From assembly GCF_018350175.1 (NCBI RefSeq), contig NC_058368.1, positions 128,032,001 to 128,096,000 of the forward strand: a DNA stretch of 64,000 nucleotides, in the 5' to 3' direction. Source of the DNA: Felis catus. Its lineage: Eukaryota. The notes beneath the pieces were generated by a model, which saw only the letters and a list, made by a program, of their open reading frames with translations, had not been told where the DNA came from and ran no database searches. Position numbers and translations under genes: made by a program. Positions 51,347-64,000 of the stretch are shown one piece after another. Positions within the stretch are counted from its first letter, which is position 1. The number at the start of each line of letters is the position of its first letter.

Positions 51347-51593
51347 CTGTTGCAAAAGGAAAGTAAAAAGGAAAGAAAAATTCACATAGATCACACAGTC
51401 CATTAGATGAAAACATCAGGGACTCTGAGGCCACCAGGGTATGCTGAGACGGCAAGATGTCATTACCATGTCCAATCCAGCTCAAAGTGTGAGGTGACAA
51501 CTTTTAGTTCCACAGAGCAATGCTTACTTGTTTATGTATCACATAACCATGTTGATTACTATCTTGTTTACTGGATAAAAACACTTCAGACAA

Positions 51594-51810
51594 GGTGCAC
51601 CTGGGTGGCTCATTTGGTTAAGGATCGGAATCTTGACTTTGGCTCAGGTCATGATCTCATAGTTAGTGGGATAAAGCACCCCCCACACACACACACAGTA
51701 GGGCTCTGTGCTGTCAGCGCAGAGCCTGCTTGGGATTCTCTCTCTTCCTTTATCTTTGCCTCCTCCCTGCTATCTCTCTCCCTTAAATAAATAAACTTAA
51801 AAAAAAAAAA
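51594..51810 (+). mobile_element. CanSINE with an internal (CA)n
   Basis: Flanking repeat acacttcagaca; ccccccacacacacacac inside the tRNA-derived part. Confidence 0.88.
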
Positions 51811-51836
51811 ACACACTTCAGACACTACGTAAGACA

Positions 51837-51871
51837 GACTGGTTAACATTACAGGACTGGTTAACATTACA
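51837..51871 (+). repeat. Tandem duplication gactggttaacattaca x2
   Basis: Copies at 51837-51853 and 51855-51871. Confidence 0.9.
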
Positions 51872-52475
51872 ATGAAAAGATTTTCATATGGAAATCCTTG
51901 TGGTTTTTTTTTTTTTTTTCATTTAAATGCATAATCTAATATAAAAGCATCATTTAAGGGCACTTCTCAGAATTCACTTTGGGACTTTATGGAAATGAAA
52001 TGTTTGATTTGTCTGTGTGTGTGCCTTTTCTCCTCTTTGAGAAGTAGGTAATATAGTACATAACCACGATGGCTTGATAAAGCTGCCATATTGAAATGGC
52101 ATCATCAAGACCCCTTGCCTTCTTCAAATTTTCTTCATTGTGGGCTTCTATTATCTGCCTTTAAATGTGAAACCTTCCCAATATTCTCTCTCTCTTTGAC
52201 CTTACACTTATGTAATCAAGCAAAACAATAATCCCACTTTACCAGTATTTTTTGGATTACATCTAGAGAATTACATTTTACGATGACCAGCCCATCTTAG
52301 ATGAACAATAAAGAACAAGAGTGTTTGCTGAAGATTATAGCCAGGGTAGGTGATGGTCTATGAACAATAACCTATGAATAATACCTGGTGGTAATGAAAA
52401 TGACTCAAGTTGGGGGAAAGAGGGATTAAAGGAGACTCAAGAGTCAGGAATGAGGGAGAAGAATGAAATTTCTTC

Positions 52476-52700
52476 TGTGAGGCTTCACTGAGCATGGAAC
52501 ACCAACTGGCTAGATGTTCAACAAATCCACATCTTTTTCCCAGGAACATAGCTATAGTGTTATTTCCCAGGCATTCCTACAGTGAGATGGGGCTGTGTGA
52601 TTGACTCCTGGTCAGTAGTACAGGACAGAAGTCATAGGTGCCACTTCCAGGCCTGGCCCTAAAAATCTCCCAAGTGATTCTCCACACTCTCCTGAGAAAT
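52476..52700 (+). mobile_element. ERVL/MaLR LTR fragment (LTR16/MLT1-like)
   Basis: tatttcccagg...ggggctgtgtgattgac...agaagtcataggtgccacttccaggcctggccc. Confidence 0.6.
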
Positions 52701-53299
52701 GCATTAGAAGCAGCTAATAGATTGGAACCCTGCTCATGCCATAGCTCTGAAACTCTTCTTATTCCTACATCTTCCCTTATGAGGTCTTTCTGTCACCTGT
52801 CAGTTCTCTCACTCTGAACCTGTGTTAATCTCCTTAAACACCTGCATTTGTCAGGCATGGTCTTTTTAATCGTTTTTATATGGATACGTTCCCTCCCCAG
52901 CCAAACAAGAAATTCTTCAAGAGGAGAGACAATCCTGTGTGCTCTCTTATGCCCCCTCCTGCATAGCTGATGACATTCCCCATGCACAGGAAACGAAATT
53001 TCACATTTAGGCAAGTGCTATAAGCCAACTGAGGTCACCTTATTTTTTAAAAAAACATTTCTTATCTCCAGGTGCCTGTCCCTGTCTTCCTCAGCCAAAA
53101 TGCCTTTGAGAAAATGAGGCTCCATTTACTGAATGAGTCTCAGATTTATAGAAACATCCTTTCACCTTCTTGAGCAGACAGAAATATCACAAAGACCACG
53201 AAGACCAGTGGAACAACAATAAAAATAAAAACCCAGCAATCTAAGCACATCTTTCCACGCAAGTCCTTACATCCTTTTAAAATAACCTCTAATACTCGA

Positions 53300-53481
53300 G
53301 AGGTACCTAGGTGACTCAGTCGGTTGAGCATCCGGCTCTCGATTTTCGCTCAGGTCATGATCCCAGGGTCGTGGGATCAAGCCCCGCATTGGGCTCTGTG
53401 CTAAGCATGGAGCCTGCTTAAGATTCTCTCTCCCTCTGCCCCTCTCCTCTGCTTGTATGCTCTATAAATAAATAACCAACC
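53300..53481 (+). mobile_element. CanSINE
   Basis: Consensus motifs; flanking aacctctaat repeat. Confidence 0.88.
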
Positions 53482-53899
53482 AACCTCTAATGTTTGATTC
53501 AGCCCCAGTCTCAATGTTTAAACAAGACAAATTGGTCAGTTATGCTCATAGGAAAAAGGACTGTTTTTTTTTCCTCCTGAGTCAGCTCAGTTAATAAGTA
53601 TATAAACATTTAGAGGTGCTTATAAATTTAAATATTTTCAAAAGAATATTTTCCTTTCTGCCTTCCCACTCTGCAAAGAACCACTTATTTTTTTTTTAAT
53701 CCTTTCCACCTTTCTTAAATACTTTGCATTTATTTACATGGATACTATTCACTCAGATTTTTCAGAAAATGTGGATACACCATGGATTATTTACTTAAGC
53801 ATAAAACAATGAATGTCTCCAAGCTTCTGGAGAATAGGCATCAACAGTGACCAAGAACTTGACCATTTTTCCTCAAGACAACACATACCCTCTCTTTAG

Positions 53900-55930
53900 A
53901 ACAACCACCTTATTTCAAACTTTCTGAGCTCCATTCACACTTCCACCTCTCCCTCCAGCTCCATAGCACACAAAGGTACCATCTCTTACTTTACAGAAAA
54001 CCTTGAATCCCTAGAGGAGGAGCCCCCTCATCCTGTTCATACAAAGCATGCAAACGTGGGCATCTCTGATAAACCTTCCCTACCTATTCCCCTTCTCTAG
54101 AGCATTGGCTCTATTATCCTTTCTCTCTGGCAAATGTCTGCTATCTCCCTATCAATTAAATCTTTATTACTGACTTTGAAACATTCTCCAGTCTCTTCCA
54201 TCTTCTATAAAAACCTTCCCCAAATCTTGCATGTTCTATTCGCTATTTTCTTCTCAGAGGACTTGTCTGTTCTTACTATATCCAACTTCACAGCCTTCAC
54301 TCACTTGTCACCCTGCTCTAATGTATCTTTTTCCTCACTTTTTCCACAAACCACTCTTGCTAAGATCACCAAAGACTTCCATGTCAAGAACTCCAGAGGA
54401 CTGTTTCAAACCCACATCATCTACACCACACTTGATCTTACTGGCCATTCCATCTTTATCAAAACATGGCTTCCCTTTGTTTTCATACCTCAAGAGGTTT
54501 TTCTCCTCTCTTGTGAAGTGCTCCTTTGTGGGCTGATCTTCCTTCACAAAACCGGAAATGAATTTCCTCAAGGCTTGGTTCCAGGCTCTCTTTTCTTACC
54601 ACTTCTTAGCATCTCTCAAGGCAGTGCTGCCCAAGGCCATGATATTATTTATCATCTGTACAATTAGGACACCCAAAGGTCTATCTCCAGCCCCATGGGC
54701 TCCACAAATACAGAAAATGTCAACCTGATGTTTTCTGCTGGTCTCTCTCAAAAACACCCCAAACCTAACAAGTATAAAATTGAACTTGAACTCTTCCTCT
54801 CAAATCTAATCTTCTTCCAGTGTCCCCATCCCAGTGAGTTGTGCCACCATCTATTAGACTGCAGAAACTTCCTTTTCTTCTCCTTATGCTACATTCAATC
54901 TATCACTGGTTTCTTGCCATCTTACATGCTAACAACTTCTGAAAGTCATCCACTTCTCTCCATATTTACACCACCTCTTCAGTCCACGCTCTATCACATC
55001 CAACCTTGTGGCCCCTGCCATTTTCTACTGATCCTCCCCAGGAAGAGATCTTGGCTGCCTGCCAATTTGGTCTCTTCACTGAGCTAAAAAGAGGTGTATT
55101 TTATTTTATTTTATTTTATTTTATTTTATTTTATTTTATTTTATTTTATTTTAGAGACAGCGAGAGAGCACTTATGAGCAGGGGAGAGGGGCAGAGTGAG
55201 AGAAAGAGACAGAGACAGAGACAGAGAGAGACTATTAAGCAGGCTTCACTCTCAGCATGGAGCCCAATATGGGGCTTGATCCCATGACCCTGAGATCATG
55301 ACCCAAGCCAAAACTGACTCAGACGCTTAACCAAATGAGGCACCTAGGTGCCCCTAATTAGAGCTGTATTTTTTAATCATAAATCTTTGTCACTCATATT
55401 TTCAGTGACTTTCCTTTACCCTTGGCTTAAAGATTCTTACAACAACCCAAGGCCCTACTTGGTCTACCTCTATCCGTCTGGTCCCATCTAGCACAGGAGT
55501 CCCCAGGCTGTCCACTCCTCCCCTCTCCACCACGCCGGGTCACTCTGCATTCCTTTAGCAACTGGAGTTTTCAGTGCCCAGAGCTTCCACAGAGGCTTTG
55601 CCTTCCCCATCTCTTACCTAGTTAATGCTTATTTACCTTCTGACCTCCCCTCCAAGGAAAGATGTCCCTGACAAGAACAAATGCTATTATTCACTCCTAG
55701 AGCATCATGTCCAGGACTATCATGGTGCATGTCAGTTTCAATTTTCTATTTATTTCTGTAAACCTGTGACTAAGTGTCTGCCTCCCCGCTACCTGCCAGA
55801 TGCTAACTTAAGTCTATGAGAGCAGGAAGCTCCGCTGGTTCCTTCACCATTCTTTTCACAGGACATTATATATATTATATATATAATGTATATATACATT
55901 ATAAATATTCAAGGTCAAATTTGAATGAAT
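53900..55930 (-). mobile_element. L2 remnant (about 2 kb) interrupted by a CanSINE
   Basis: ccactcttgctaagatcaccaaagacttccatg..., tatctccagccc..., aaattgaact..., catccacttctctcca motifs. Confidence 0.75.
55097..55354 (-). mobile_element. CanSINE with (TTTTA)n tail
   Basis: Reverse motifs; pentamer tail about 55097-55153. Confidence 0.88.
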
Positions 55931-56199
55931 AAACTATTTACTATACTGTTCTTGAGCTAGGCTATCTTTAAATATTACTTTAAATATTCTCAGAATTGTA
56001 AGTGAATTATTAGCTTCATATTTTATCTTTTTTTCCCACAACTTACTGAATATTTACCCTTAAAATAAACCAGAAGCACCTCTACGACAAGAATCCTGTT
56101 CATCAGCTTCCGTATCTACAAGACCCAGCACAGTGCCTAAAAGATGGTAGGTACTCAAAAACTGTTGTAAGTATTGACCCAAACTTAGAAGCTATATTG

Positions 56200-56390
56200 T
56201 AGAAAAACAGATTCAAGGTTTAGGCTGTGGAATTAGCTCCCTAGACTCAAATTTTGGTACTTCCATTTACTAATTGTGTGATCATGGACAAACTGCTTAG
56301 TTTTGCTAAGTCTGTATAAAACGGGGCTAATAATCCCTAACCTCATATGGTTCTTGTCAGAATTAAGTGAGATAATCTCTATGAAATCTA
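56200..56390 (+). mobile_element. MIR
   Basis: ccatttactaattgtgtgatcatggacaaactgctta...gaattaagtgagataat. Confidence 0.7.
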
Positions 56391-58064
56391 GTTTTGTAGA
56401 CAAATCTCAGTGTACCTAAGGTATACTCAGGAGGCTATTAAAATAAGCCATGTACGACAACCTTGAGCCACCTTTAAGATGCTACACAGAGAGAGAATAC
56501 ATTATGGTCTCTTCATATGGCCCTTCCTGCCAGCATCCCTGTTAAGCGACAATGTGATCTGCAGAATGACGTTGGGATTTATCCCCCACAACAAGACAAC
56601 CACTAGGGATCCCTGAGAGTACCTGGAATACTATCCTTACTAACATCTCATCTGGTTTAACCCAACATATACCACCACATGCCTCCCTTAATGTAATACT
56701 GTCGTGCAACAAAGCAGCTGAGATTTGGAGGAGAAAAATGGCTCAGTAGAGGACCTATAGGCATTCATGCCAACCCTCCTAACAATCAAATCTAAAAGTT
56801 TCCTCAAGATTATATACCCTCCCTGAGTGTTCTCAACACTCAAACTCCACAATTACCTATCTTTCCCCTTCATCTTCAAAATAAAGTTTAGGGATTTGTA
56901 ATTATTTAAAACCAACTTCAGGAACAAAAGCATTGTCAAGAAGGCCAATGTGCAGAAACAATTACAACATAGGTAACAATCTTCTAGATTCGTATGTAGA
57001 AATATAATTGATCTATATTACTATTCTAGTATTAAAAGAATGAAGTTAAAGGGACTTCTATTAATGTATGTTGGAGCCATCTGAAAGTAAAGCACATTAT
57101 AACATGAAATGAAAACTGTATTTGTTTCACCTGAAGAATAGTATGCTTTCTGATTGCTTCAAAACACTTTTTCCATGGTTGTTTCTCAATAAAAATTGTT
57201 TCATCCTATTTTACAGATGAATAAATTGAAGCAATGAAAGGTAAAATGATGGTCTCAAGACCAAAGAGAAACTGAGAGCCTATGGTGAGAATATTATGAT
57301 CTGGAGAGAATAAATCCTGTTCTTAAAATGAACAAAAATATAAAATGCTCAATTGTATAAAGTTGATTTTACAGTTACTTCACACACCATCTGTGTCGGT
57401 TGCCTGATCACATTTCTTCATGATGCTCTCATGATAGGACAGGGCTTAGGATCACCATGTTCCCACTTCTTATCCCCCCATGTGAAAGTAAAGGAACTCA
57501 ACACCAAGAAGTCAGACAAACTGAGACAACTGTAGATTCACATGCAGTTATATAATAATACAGACTTGCATTATACCCTTTATCCAGTTTCCCCCAACAC
57601 CTTATGAAACCATAGTACAATATTATGACTAAGATATCGACATCAATACAGAGAAGATACAAGCCAATAGCAAAAAGATACTTCTGGGTGATTTCATCTC
57701 ATGTGAAAAATAGTCTAAGAAAACAAAGAAGCCAAGAGACCTTGGGGAGCCATGGTCTTTTTATGAACCATTAACTCTAATGGTGGGAGTTTTATAGCAC
57801 ATGGGAGCAAAAGAGAGTTGAAGAATGGATTACAATGACAAGGATGAGAATAAAGATCTTTGTGTGCAGTTAGAGGCATTCATAACATTTCTTAAGTTAC
57901 ATCATATACATGAGTGACTCATAGAGTTGTACTCAATTGTGCTCCCACGTGGATAATTTATACTTCACCTTTACCCTCTGTGACCTTTCTCAGTGTGCCA
58001 AACCTCAGAAGTCTTCAGCCAATCACCATATTCAAATCAAATCTGACATCCAGAACACAAAAGG

Positions 58065-58260
58065 TAGCATCAAAGACTGTGGAGTTTCAGATTAGGCCAA
58101 CTGGGGTTTGCATTCTGGTTCTGTAACTGACTAAGTGCCACCATGGGTACCTGAGCTTCTACTTGATCTGGAAAAGAGACATAAGAGGTATCCACTGAAG
58201 GTGTTCAGGGGTTTAATGAGATAATGTATGTAAAGAATATGGCATCTGATGATCAATCAG
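58065..58260 (+). mobile_element. MIR
   Basis: ctggggtttgcattctggttctg...tttaatgagataatgtatgtaaag. Confidence 0.65.
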
Positions 58261-58611
58261 AAGAAAGTTGGTTCATGTTTTCTCCTTTCTTCTGCTTTTC
58301 TGTTCCTACTCTTGGGAGAGAGTAATTAAAGTAGAAATGTCATAGAGAACATTTTACTTTGCTCACCTGACATACCAAACATGTCAATATTTACAGGAAA
58401 CCATTTTACCTCACATCTTCTCCCCAAATGCCTTATAACAACATAACAAAGACACCTTGATTTTCAGGCCAAACAGAGAACCTTGTTTTTCTAAGAGATA
58501 ATTTAATGCCAGGCTATCTTTCAAAATGTCTCTAAGAATCCTGTAACTGTAAGCATCAGCAACGACAACAATGTACTTACAGCCAACCGGAAGGTCAAAA
58601 TAATGTAACAA

Positions 58612-58666
58612 GGGAAACCAAGGGACAACCAAGTAAATTGGGAAACAAGGGAAAACCAAGTAAATT
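58612..58666 (+). repeat. Imperfect 27/28-bp tandem duplication
   Basis: gggaaaccaagggacaaccaagtaaatt followed by gggaaacaagggaaaaccaagtaaatt. Confidence 0.85.
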
Positions 58667-59395
58667 CAGCTAGAGCACTCAGGAAAATGATACCTACAGA
58701 GACATTGTTCCAACCAGAAAATTCACAGAGATGATAACCCAATGGCTACAAGATCCCATGCACAATGGCATGGAAAGGAAAAGAACAGAAAAACATAGTA
58801 AGCCTCCCCAGTACATAACAGAGTATTATAAAAAGCACTCCACTAGGGAAGTCACAGAACTAGGGAGGAAATATTACATTTTAAGCCTTAAAAGCAAACA
58901 CACAAGTCCAAATCATTTTATTCCCACTAAGATTTATTGCATCACTTCTACTGTTCCGTAAGCTTATCCCTGGGCCACCTAAGCCAAACAGGAATTGAAA
59001 AATGGGCAAACTTCTGAGACTTTAATGACCGGTCACACAAGTTCCCTGGAGCCAGAAAAACTAATGGGGGTTGGGGGTGGGGAAACCCTGAGCCATCCTT
59101 CCATTTTTCTATTTATCCATCTATTTCAGATATATTTCTTCTCTACATTTAAGATCCCTACCTGATTTGTAGGTATCTCTGCAGGTCAAAGAAAATGAAC
59201 TAATAGCTTTCTGAAGTTCCACATGAACAAAGAATACCAGAAATTTTGATAGATGGCTATTCCAATGACTAATATTGTCCTGAATAGGAGGCAAGGAACA
59301 AGAGCTTTCCTTTGTTAACAATCTACAATATTTAAGATATGAAGAGGGCATGAAGAGGAAATAATAGGCTATCCCTCCAACTTAAGAGCACTCCC

Positions 59396-59604
59396 TTTTT
59401 TTTTTTAAGTTTATTCATTTATTTCAAGAAAGAGAAAAGGTGAGCAGGATAGGGGTAGAGAGAGAGGGGAGAGAGAATCCCAAGCAGGTTCCACATTGTC
59501 AGTGCAGAACCTGAGGTGGGACTCAAACTCACAAACCGAGAGATCATGATCTGAACCAAGATCAAGAGTCAGACACTTAACTGACTGAGCCACCCAGGTA
59601 CCCC
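59396..59604 (-). mobile_element. CanSINE
   Basis: Reverse consensus motifs. Confidence 0.9.
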
Positions 59605-60189
59605 ACCATGTCTCTTTATAATTAATGATTTTTTAATTTTTTTTTTAATTTTAAGGTAATTCTAGATTTATATTCAGTGTAAGAAATAATACAATGGGAC
59701 ACAGTTGATCTTTTACCCAATTTTCCCCAAAGGTAACAATAACCCAACCAGGACGTTGACATTGATAGTCAAGATACATCATCACCAGAATCTTCCATGT
59801 TGGTCTTCCATAAACACACCCACTTCTTTTCTGCCCCTTCCCTCTTAACACCTGCCGTTACTACTAATCTGCATTAATCTGTTGTCCATTTCATAATTTT
59901 GTGATTTCAACAATGTTACATACAATATGTAACCCTCTGGGATTGGACTTTTTCAGCCAGCTTATTTCTCTGGAGATTCATCTAGGTTGTGTTTGTCAAC
60001 AGTCACTTCCTTTTTTATTGTTTAGTAACATTTGATAGTGTAGACATACCACAGTTTATTTAACCAACTGGTTATCTAGGTTGTTTCAGTTGTTATGCTA
60101 TTACAAATAAAGCTGCTATTCTAACAACCATGTACAGGGTTCTGTGTGAACACTGAAGTTGTCATTCTCCAGTATAAATGCCCAGGAGT

Positions 60190-60416
60190 GGGGCGCCTGG
60201 GTGGCGCAGTCGGTTAAGCGTCCGACTTCAGCCAGGTCACGATCTCGCGGTCCAGGAGTTCGAGCCCTGCGTCAGGCTCTGGGCTGATGGCTCAGAGCCT
60301 GGAGCCTGTTTCTGATTCTGTGTCTCCCTCTCTCTCTGCCCCTCCCCCGTTCATGCTCTGTCTCTCTCTGTCCCAAAAATAAATAAACGTTGAAAAAAAA
60401 ATTAAAAAAAAAAATT
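60190..60416 (+). mobile_element. Young SINEC_Fc-type SINE
   Basis: Near-consensus; TSD ataaatgcccag(g)agt. Confidence 0.95.
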
Positions 60417-60491
60417 AATAAATGCCCAGAGTACATTTGTTGGCTGGTTTTATAGTTCAGGTTTAGTTGTTTTAAGAAACTACCAAATTAT

Positions 60492-60695
60492 GGGATGCCT
60501 GGGTGGCTCAGTCACTTAGGTGCCTGACTCCTGATTTTGGTTCAGATCATGATCTCATGGTTCGTGGGATTGAGCCCCATGTCAGGCTCTGCGTTGACAG
60601 TGCAGAACCTGATTGAGATTCATTCATTCATTCATTCATTCATTCATTTTCTCTCTCTCTCCCCCCCCCAAAAAATAAGCATTTTTTAAAAAAAG
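60492..60695 (+). mobile_element. CanSINE with a (TTCA)n microsatellite
   Basis: 18-bp TSD aagaaactaccaaattat. Confidence 0.9.
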
Positions 60696-61622
60696 AAGAA
60701 ACTACCAAATTATTTTCCCAGAGTGACTGTACCCACTAGCCACATATCATTTATCCAGTCTCTACAACCATACCAGAATTTGGCCTTGATGCTATTTATT
60801 TCACTATTCTAATTAAGTGCCTACGTCTCCTTTAAAGTTAAAGGTGAAAAATAAGAGAAAGACTTGCCTAAAAAGCAGAGATAATACTGGAAAGTTTAAC
60901 TCAGTAACTTAAGTTTACCACATGTTTTTCCTAAAATCTGATCAGCTAAATTGAGAAAATGCACTTCGAGTTCATCAGAAAACTATAAAGAATTAAGGGG
61001 TACAGTGAATCATGTGACCCCACTGCAGAGTAAATATTCCATCCTGTACATATGTTTTTTTATAACTTAAGAATATTTTATTACCATCCCATTTGATTCT
61101 AAAATTGGTTAATGTGATTTTCTTAAACAAGATGTCTACCCATACAGACCTGTATGCTCACAGATGCACACTTAAATGATGAAGTAACTTGCAGGTATTT
61201 CTTGCCCATTGACAGCTATTAGGTTATTTTGCCATGAGCTACATGGCACTCCTGCTTCTGTCTTCATAACTACAGGCTCAGATCATTTTTAAAGTTGCAC
61301 AAGCTTAGACTACATTAACATTAAACAAAATCACATAGGCCAAACAACTGTATCTCCCTGGAATGTCAGAAGTACCAGGTCTTCTTCACCCCCTGCTTAG
61401 AAATCTTAAACCAAAGTAAACTGTTTGAAAGGCTCGACCAAAGCAGAATAATGCATACCTCTGCCCCAGCTATTACACTCCGTAGCATACGTCCAAAAGA
61501 AATATGCACATGTGACCCAAAAAAAAAAAAAAACCTTTCAAAAAAAGGTATATAACAGCATTATTTGTAACCACTCCAACCTAGAAATAACCCAAATGTC
61601 CATCAATACAAGAATGAATACA

Positions 61623-61752
61623 GGGGCACCTGGGTGGCTCAGTCACTTACGCATCTGACTCTTGATTTCAGCTCAGGTCTTGATCTCTGGCTCATGAATT
61701 CAAGCTGCTTGTTGGGTTCTATGCTGGGTGTGAACCCTGTTTAAAAAAAAAA
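61623..61752 (+). mobile_element. Short CanSINE lacking the CT region
   Basis: tRNA-derived head followed directly by an A tail. Confidence 0.85.
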
Positions 61753-61758
61753 CACTAT

Positions 61759-61973
61759 GGGTGCCTGGGTGGCTCAGTCAGTTAAACATCAGACTTCAGG
61801 TCAGGTCATGATTGCGCGGTCCATGGGTTCGAGCCCTGGGTCGGGCTCTGTGCTGACAGCTCAGAGCCTGGAGCCTGCTTTGGAATCTGTATCTCCCTCT
61901 CTCTCTGTTCCTGCCCCACTCACGCTGTCTCTTTCTCTAAATATATCTCAAAAATAAAGATCAAAAAAAAAAA
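61759..61973 (+). mobile_element. CanSINE
   Basis: Consensus motifs. Confidence 0.9.
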
Positions 61974-62327
61974 ACCAGTAGAATGCATATATCACTTGTA
62001 CCATATAAAATATAGAGTCAAACACTCTAAAACAATAAAAAGGAACAAATGACTGGTACATGTAACTATAGGTGAGCATCACAAACACGATGTTGACTGA
62101 ATGCATTCAGTCAAAAAAAGAATGCATAATGATGGATTCCATTTGTAAAAGTTCAAACATTGGACAAATATTATCACCATGTGGGAGGTAGTAAATGGAA
62201 GGAAGTACAAGGAAAATCCCTGGATGCTGATCATGTTCAATTTCTTGAACTGGGTAGATATTACATGCATGTGTTCACTATTTGAAAATTCATCATGCTG
62301 AACACGTGATTTCAATATTTTTCTGTA

Positions 62328-62528
62328 TTTTTTGTTTTTTTTTGTTTGTTTATTTGTTTGTTTTTCCTTTTTGAGAAAGACACAGAGAGTGCAAGCAGGG
62401 GAGAGGGGCAGAGGGAGATAAAGAGAATTCCAAGCAGGCTCCATGTTCAGCACAAAGCCTAATGCAGGGCTGACCTCAGCCAAAATCAAGAATGGGGTGC
62501 TCAATGAAGTCAGCCACTCAGGAGCCCC
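62328..62528 (-). mobile_element. CanSINE (internally deleted)
   Basis: Reverse motifs; flanking gtatttttt/gtatttttc. Confidence 0.85.
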
Positions 62529-63124
62529 TCGGTATTTTTCTACAGTTCTGTTAAGCATAACTTATTTAAATGATATTTCAAGACAAAGATGATCAAAAGT
62601 TAAATCATGATCATCATTACAAATAGTCTTTTCTCCAAACCCAATCAACGGACACCAGCTTTCTTGCACAAAAGTCCCATCCTGATTAGTAGGCATTAGG
62701 ATTCAGAGCTCTGGCTTTAGAAAACAGTTCACTTGGGAGAATATGCAGCCCTTGTCACTGAGAGATTTGGGTAATTTGACCCTTTTCTGCACAGTGAGTG
62801 AGTAAAGGGAGGCAGGAGGAGACACAATAAAGATGCTGTTATCAGTACCTGGATAAATAAATAGAACTTTTCTGAGGTTTGATGCAGATTTAGTCACTCT
62901 TTCTGAGAAGAGTCAGGTCTCTTGGATCCCCAAGGGAGAAAGCAAGGGTTATTGAAATGGCTTATCACTCTAAAAGGGTATAGAGTGGTGACACTTCAGG
63001 TGAGTCTCCAAGCAGTAGATGCAATTATGTTATAGAGGAAACAATAGGCTATCCATCAAAGAAATTCTCATACTTAATGCTAGAACTTTGAAAAAGTATT
63101 TAATGCCTCAATTATGATGGCAGT

Positions 63125-63300
63125 TTATTCATCCATTCTGTAAGTATTTATTTAAAAAATTCCATGTGCTAGGCACTGCACTAGGATGTGATGCTACAAA
63201 GACAAACAAGATAGACACAAAGCCTGCCCTCAGATGGGGCTACAGCCAAACGAGGAAGACAGGTAAACCGCCAAAACAATTAAGGGTACAGATGGCAACA
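63125..63300 (+). mobile_element. L2 3'-end fragment
   Basis: ttcatccattc...tatttatt...atgtgctaggcactgcactagg...cctgccctca. Confidence 0.7.
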
Positions 63301-64000
63301 CATGGGGAAAACTACCAAAACTAGCCTATAAGAAGAAGTTAGGAAAATATTCAAGGGCTTCCTGCCAAAGACAGAGAATGGTCTTGGCATATCAGATGAG
63401 TGGGGAAGGAGAACAAGAAAAGACAAAGCCAAGTTAGAGCACAGCTGAATGTTCCAGAAGGAGTGGTGGGAGGCTACACAGGTAGAGCAGCACAGCACCG
63501 AGAAGCCCAGCATGCAGCCTCACAAATAAAAGGCCAAATAAACTGTGCCAGGAGACTCGGCAAGGCAGGCATTCTGAAAACTCCCCTTGAACACCCAGAG
63601 TTTGTGTCATTTTAAAGAAATAAGAAAAAGATCGCAGCACACAGGGTGCCTGCTGATATCTTCTCTTAATAACAGTCCTTTCCATGACATTTGAGTCCAC
63701 ACGAACCAGAAAATACAGAGCATTTACTGACTGGTGGACAGGCAAGCCCACTTAGCTGCACTGCCATAGCATCTACAGATCAACACACTAAGAGACATAT
63801 GTGGATCAGGAGGAAATGTTCCCCCTGCAGAACACCTGACATGGAATCTCTCACCTCCACCATAATCATACTTCATACCCCATCAATAGTATAGATGAAC
63901 AAATAGCTTGTTCCACTATTTTAGATACTCCACAAATATTTATCGTTTTATGCCAATATTCTGCAGAGAGCTGAAAAAATGTTAAAGCAAAGAGGCTGTT

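Larger units (their letters stand above)
59650..60830 (-). mobile_element. L1MB-like 3' end interrupted by two CanSINEs
   Basis: agaaataatac...tttacccaattttccccaaaggtaaca...aaccaggacgttgacattgat; acaaataaagctgct motifs. Confidence 0.75.
61430..62320 (+). mobile_element. Old L1 (L1ME/MC-like) 3' end interrupted by two CanSINEs
   Basis: aacccaaatgtccatcaa..., gattccatttgtaaaagttcaaac..., gtgttcactatttgaaaattcatca motifs. Confidence 0.7.

Noticed and set aside
54134..55087. 177-aa and 130-aa ORFs
   Set aside because: Lie within a pyrimidine-rich L2 remnant; no real protein signature
58580..58693. Minus-strand exon candidate (tag|GTATC...GCT|GTAAGT) encoding a hydrophobic peptide
   Set aside because: Weak acceptor; the hydrophobic read comes from a local tandem duplication
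62794..62999. Plus-strand exon candidate ending CAG|GTGAGT
   Set aside because: Isolated, with no coding signal; expected by chance in 64 kb
1..64000. CRISPR arrays, operons, standalone tRNA/rRNA genes, or a novel multi-gene system
   Set aside because: Mammalian intron-like DNA; dispersed repeats are SINEs, tRNA-like boxes belong to CanSINE heads, and there is no repeat-spacer array

Overview
Mammalian, repeat-rich, intron-like DNA from a cat-family (Felidae) genome. The assignment rests on about 30 tRNA-derived CanSINEs, including young SINEC_Fc-type copies, and a felid-type LINE-1. I could not recognise a host protein-coding exon, RNA gene or prokaryote-type system, and almost all short ORFs in the track come from repeats or are chance ORFs. 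The dominant feature is a full-length minus-strand L1 (about 14173-20344). It has an intact ORF1 and a dead ORF2 (two frameshifts, two nonsense codons and a SINE insertion), and it landed inside an older L1. Its 16-bp target-site duplication (TSD) also encloses about 120 bp of non-L1 sequence upstream of the L1 5' end, which is a candidate 5' transduction and the most unusual item here. The rest is older L1 fragments, L2, MIR, MLT1/LTR16-type LTRs and MER5-type MITEs. A few strong minus-strand splice-site pairs (44 nt at 51303-51346, 180 nt at 25940-26119, about 234 nt at 2802-3035) suggest the window lies within long introns of an unidentified minus-strand gene with non-coding or uORF-bearing exons. 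Repeat subfamily names are from memory of consensus sequences and need RepeatMasker/Dfam confirmation. Boundaries of old repeats are approximate.
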